The translations under genes and the position numbers were made by a program. From NCBI GenBank assembly GCA_937871295.1, contig CALMRE010000074.1, positions 5,088-69,087 on the forward strand: DNA of 64,000 nt. Reading direction: 5' to 3'. Positions 60,524 through 64,000 of this stretch are shown here, in pieces. Source of the stretch: an uncultured bacterium. GTDB lineage: Bacteria; UBP6; UBA1177; JAKLFG01. Each line of letters opens with the position of its first letter. Positions within the stretch are counted from its first letter, which is position 1. A model generated the notes under the pieces. It was not told where the DNA came from and ran no database searches. It saw nothing but the letters and a program-made list of their open reading frames with translations.

Positions 60524-60940
60524 GGAAGGCGTTATACCGTTAAACGAGTGCCGTTGTCAATGAGAAGAAAAAGAAAACCCCCGTTGCCGGGGGTTGATAT
60601 TCGCGCGGCCGATCCTGCGTTATTGAAACGAGTTTAATCGGCGTTGCTCCCGAAGGAGCAACGAAAGAATGTGTTGGTGTTGACAGTGGACAGCCGTTAC
60701 CGGCCATATTGAAAGGAACCAGAAAGACCAACCGCGCTCTTTTTGAACATCCAACTTTAAAGGAACAGTACCATAGTGTTACACGCAATAGACGTGCCAA
60801 CAACGCCGGCGACAAAGGATTTATCTATAATACATCTATATCGTTGGATATACAAAACGCTATGCGCTTATTTTGAAATAGGTCGCGGGTTGTTTTTGTC
60901 AACTTTAGTATACTATCAACGATTCGGGAAGAGAGTCGTG

Positions 60941-61933
60941 TCAACCGTGGTTGATTTCGTGTTGACCGGTAAACAGTCCGTACACCGGACGGCGACAAGA
61001 GGGACAGTGGCCGAAGTCAAGCAGGTCGTCCTGAATGTCGAATCCTTTTCGGGTGATAAGAAGAAGTTCGCAGGCGGCGCACCGGGTGTCGTTCCCGTCG
61101 GTCAGTGCGCTGTTGCCAATGTAAGTATACGGTATCAGCGTCTCGGTGCGGACCCGGTCGTAGATCGCCGCGAGGAACGATTCGGTCGTCGCCCGGAGTT
61201 TCATCCGGTAACTCGGATGGTAGCGCGACAGGTGCCAGACCGCGACACCCCGTTCGGCAAGCGCCTTACCGAGCGCGACGATGCCGTCGGCGGTGTGTAT
61301 CCCCTCGATGATGAGCGTGGTCACCTCGAGCACCGTGTCGGGGTCGGCGGCGATGCGGGCGATGTTGCGGAGCACCGGGGCGAGCGTCGCGCCGCACTGT
61401 TGGCGGTAGAACTCGTCGTCACCCTTGAGGTCGATGTTGAAGGCGTCGATGAGCGGCAGGATGCGGGAGAGCGCCTCGTCGGTGAACCAGCCGTTGGTCA
61501 CCATGACGGTGCGGAGTCCCGCCGCTTTCACGAGCCGCGCCGTGTCGAGCATATAATCCTGCCAGACGGTCGGTTCGCTGTAGGTGAAACTGACGCTCTC
61601 GCAGTTGTGCTTGCGCGCCGCCGCGACGATGTCGGCCGGGGCGACCGCTTCGGTACTGCGCCGCTCGAAGAACTCTTTCTGCGATATCGTAGAATTCTGG
61701 CAGAAACTGCACGAGAAGTTGCACCCGTGGAGCGCGAGCGACAGCGTCCCGGTGCCGGGAAGGAAGTGGTAGAGCGGCTTTTTCTCGATGGGATCGACCG
61801 CGAGCGAGACCAGTTGCCCGTAGTTCACCGTGACGATGGCGCCGCCCTTGTTCTCGCGGATACCGCACCGGCCGCGCCCTCCCGGCGGGAGACTACAGCG
61901 GTGTTCGCAGAAATCACAACACCGTGTCGTCAT
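60941..61933 (-). CDS. Radical SAM enzyme, AmmeMemoRadiSam-system / PflA-like type
   Basis: CDFCEHRC, DPIEKKPLYHFLPG, CNFSCSFCQN (Cx3Cx2C). The ORF-track 130-aa N-terminal extension is rejected. Confidence 0.75.
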   Translation of the reverse strand: MTTRCCDFCEHRCSLPPGGRGRCGIRENKGGAIVTVNYGQLVSLAVDPIEKKPLYHFLPGTGTLSLALHGCNFSCSFCQNSTISQKEFFERRSTEAVAPADIVAAARKHNCESVSFTYSEPTVWQDYMLDTARLVKAAGLRTVMVTNGWFTDEALSRILPLIDAFNIDLKGDDEFYRQQCGATLAPVLRNIARIAADPDTVLEVTTLIIEGIHTADGIVALGKALAERGVAVWHLSRYHPSYRMKLRATTESFLAAIYDRVRTETLIPYTYIGNSALTDGNDTRCAACELLLITRKGFDIQDDLLDFGHCPSCRRPVYGLFTGQHEINHG

Positions 61934-62387
61934 CGGGGTTTTCGCTGTCGGTGAGTTCCTGTGCGGCGCTTTTGGTGATGTAGAAATCTTCGCCGAGGAG
62001 ATAGACGGTGTAGCGGATACCGCACCGGAAGGCCTGCTTCGATTCGGTGGTGACGGCGATCGTCTCGACCGAACCGAATATCTTTTCGCGGGTGTAGGTA
62101 AGGTAGAAATCCACCGCGCAGAAATTGGACAAACAGAGTTCGAACGGTTCGGTCCGTTCGCCGACGGCGATGTCGGTCGCGACCACATTGCGCTCATCCT
62201 TATAGTTGTCGAACTCGTCATGCAGGTAGACTTTCTTGACGATATGCTGCGACTCGGGGCTGTTGACCAGCACCATCTGCGGCGGTCGGCAGACGATATC
62301 CGCGTCGGGATAAGGTTGTTCATCTTTGCCGTCGCTGCACGCGGCGATCAGCAGGGCCGCGAACAACAGCAGCACTATCCGCATCAT
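61914..62387 (-). CDS. Lipoprotein, unknown function
   Basis: Lipobox LLIAACS. Confidence 0.5.
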   Translation of the reverse strand: MMRIVLLLFAALLIAACSDGKDEQPYPDADIVCRPPQMVLVNSPESQHIVKKVYLHDEFDNYKDERNVVATDIAVGERTEPFELCLSNFCAVDFYLTYTREKIFGSVETIAVTTESKQAFRCGIRYTVYLLGEDFYITKSAAQELTDSENPDDDTVL

Positions 62388-62397
62388 GGCCGCACCT

Positions 62398-63759
62398 CTA
62401 AAAAACAAAGTAGAGATCGACATAGCCCATCACCGAGAATATCGTTGATTCCTGCACCGTGAACTCGTCGGGAAGAAAGAGGTCGACATAGCGCCCCGGT
62501 TCGACCTCTACCCGTTTGCGTTCGACCCGCTTGAAGGAGAGATCGTTGGGTAATTTGAATTTGGCGAAGTAGGAGATATCGGCGCCGATCCGCAGGCCGG
62601 TCCGTATCGCCGGAATGAAAAAACCGGTCTCGAGCGTCGCGCCGAGCGATCCGAAGAAATGCGGCCGCATCTGGCTGGCGCGTCTATCGAGCCCCATGGC
62701 GAATTTCGTCCAGCGCAGTTCGAGCAGGTTGAGATAGGCCGACGGGTGGAGGGTGAACTGGAAATCGCTGGTGCCGACCACCAGTTGGTAGCCGCCGTGG
62801 CCGCCGAAGTAGAGCGAATAGAACTGTGAATCGTAGGAGAGAGAATAGACCTCGATATACTGTCCGTCGGCGTCGTCGCGGGTGATGCCGGGGACGAAGC
62901 CGTCGACCGACCGGTTGATGTCGGAGGTGTCGAAGGCGAAATCCTTGGTCACGAGTCTGCGATAGAAAAAACCGATGTCGGGGGTGATATACCAGCCGCT
63001 GTCGGGGTCGCCGAACGATACGGTGACCTTCTCCTCCAGTATCGTGCCGACGCCGGCGGCCGACAGGCTGTTCTTCTTGTCGTAGATGTCGACCCACGTG
63101 GTGCCGAACAGGGTCCGCAGGTTGAGCGTCATGAAGACCGGGAAGATGAGCGGCTTGAAGTCGGGGGTGGTGATGATGCGGACCGGATCGAGCACCGGCA
63201 GCGGCCGGGGAACGGTCTTCGCGCCGAGCGCCGCGCGGGCGGTATCGTAAAGTTCCCGGTCGTTCTGCATCAGTTCGAGGAGCCGCAGGAACAGAGGGCC
63301 GGCCGCGGCGACGGGCAGGTCATCGGCGGGGCAGTCGGGGCAGACGGCCGAGTAGCGTTTGAGCAGGAGTATCTCGTCGCCCCGGTAGAGTGTCGCGTCG
63401 ACGTACAGGTAGGGCGGCGCGTCGAAGGAGTAGGCGGTGCCGAAGGTGAGGGTGAAGATCGCGTCGGCGGCGGGGATGGCGGCGCCGGCGCCGTAGAAGA
63501 TCAGTGTCTGCGGGGTCATGATCGAACGGACGGTGCGCTCGATGAGCCGGTGAATGAGAGCCCGTTCCTCAAGTCCGTCCAGCGAAAAGCCCAGCACGGA
63601 ACCGGCGATGATGGTGGTCGGCCGCCGTTTGGTGTTGAGGTTCTCCCAGACGGGGGCCGACGGATCATAGGTTTCCGCCGCCGCGAGGAGGAGCGTGAAA
63701 AGAAGTATGAAAAGCGCCGCGGCGCCGCGTTCAGTGCGTCTCATGTTCTCCAAAAACAA
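62398..63759 (-). CDS. Outer-membrane beta-barrel protein, unknown function
   Basis: Signal peptide; amphipathic strands; C-terminal ...YVDLYFVF. Confidence 0.5.
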   Translation of the reverse strand: MFLENMRRTERGAAALFILLFTLLLAAAETYDPSAPVWENLNTKRRPTTIIAGSVLGFSLDGLEERALIHRLIERTVRSIMTPQTLIFYGAGAAIPAADAIFTLTFGTAYSFDAPPYLYVDATLYRGDEILLLKRYSAVCPDCPADDLPVAAAGPLFLRLLELMQNDRELYDTARAALGAKTVPRPLPVLDPVRIITTPDFKPLIFPVFMTLNLRTLFGTTWVDIYDKKNSLSAAGVGTILEEKVTVSFGDPDSGWYITPDIGFFYRRLVTKDFAFDTSDINRSVDGFVPGITRDDADGQYIEVYSLSYDSQFYSLYFGGHGGYQLVVGTSDFQFTLHPSAYLNLLELRWTKFAMGLDRRASQMRPHFFGSLGATLETGFFIPAIRTGLRIGADISYFAKFKLPNDLSFKRVERKRVEVEPGRYVDLFLPDEFTVQESTIFSVMGYVDLYFVF

Positions 63760-64000
63760 GCGCCTGAAAGGTCTGGAAGCGGCAGTTCGGGTCCTGCCAC
63801 CCGTCGCGCGGCAATCCCGCTTTCTGGGAAAGATAGGTGAGCGTCGTTTCGAGGTCCCACCCCTGTTCGGGGGCCACCTGCGGCAGGAACAGCGCCTGCC
63901 GCCCCTTGAGCGACAGTATCATCCCGTCGGTCCCGATCCGGATGTCGCGCCACGAGCCGACCGGCCGGGGGACGGTGAGTATCGATATCTCGATGGATAT
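63731..64000 (-). CDS. AMMECR1-domain protein (3' portion; gene continues beyond window end)
   Basis: C-terminal ...LFLPQVAPEQGWDLETTLTYLSQKAGLP...FQALVF matches the conserved AMMECR1 C-terminus. Confidence 0.65.
   Translation of the reverse strand: MSIEISILTVPRPVGSWRDIRIGTDGMILSLKGRQALFLPQVAPEQGWDLETTLTYLSQKAGLPRDGWQDPNCRFQTFQALVFGEHETH

Noticed and set aside
60776-61954. 392-aa plus-strand ORF antisense to the radical SAM gene
   Set aside because: Shadow ORF; radical SAM motifs are on the minus strand.

Overview
This 64-kb window is a high-GC (about 65-68%) chromosomal segment from a diderm (Gram-negative) bacterium, probably an uncultivated lineage. Myxococcus-type Cys-rich repeats and MopE-like motifs point toward Myxococcota or a related candidate phylum; that placement is an inference. 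Gene density is high, and the six-frame track contains many long antisense Arg/Ala-rich shadow ORFs that I reject.

Housekeeping anchors: ybaB-recR; fcl-gmd; an M24 peptidase and sppA; deoA and a plsB-like acyltransferase; alaS; tRNA-Val-thrS-infC-rpmI-rplT-HU/IHF-tRNA-Pro-surE-DedA on the minus strand; and lpd, an aminotransferase, thioredoxin, lipocalin Blc, nitroreductase and an HAD phosphatase.

The accessory content is dominated by secreted and envelope proteins. There are three paralogous MopE-like Cys-rich proteins sharing a conserved ~170-aa C-terminal domain (two in tandem at 1-2287, a third at 51328-52761 that lacks a signal peptide). There is also an S1 protease with nine myxo-type Cys repeats, several lipoproteins with acidic T/D-rich linkers, an FadL-like and other beta-barrel outer-membrane proteins, and a TolB-like propeller.

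The most unusual items are:
- an RqcH/NFACT homologue translationally coupled to a classical AAA+ ATPase, next to alaS;
- an HsdR_N-like (PD-(D/E)xK) domain fused to an FHA domain;
- a sharply low-GC (~40%) islet encoding a secreted RCC1-repeat protein;
- a lower-GC cassette at 41.4-43.3 kb containing a Bro-N/DinD-like gene flanked by a 32-bp direct repeat that duplicates the fkpA 3' end and its downstream promoter;
- a twin-hairpin intergenic repeat present twice;
- an ECF sigma / anti-sigma / Spy-ZraP-like periplasmic module;
- a membrane-embedded spermidine-synthase-like fusion protein;
- the edge of an AmmeMemoRadiSam-type locus (radical SAM plus AMMECR1) interrupted by a lipoprotein and an outer-membrane protein.

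I found no CRISPR array, integrase or transposase.
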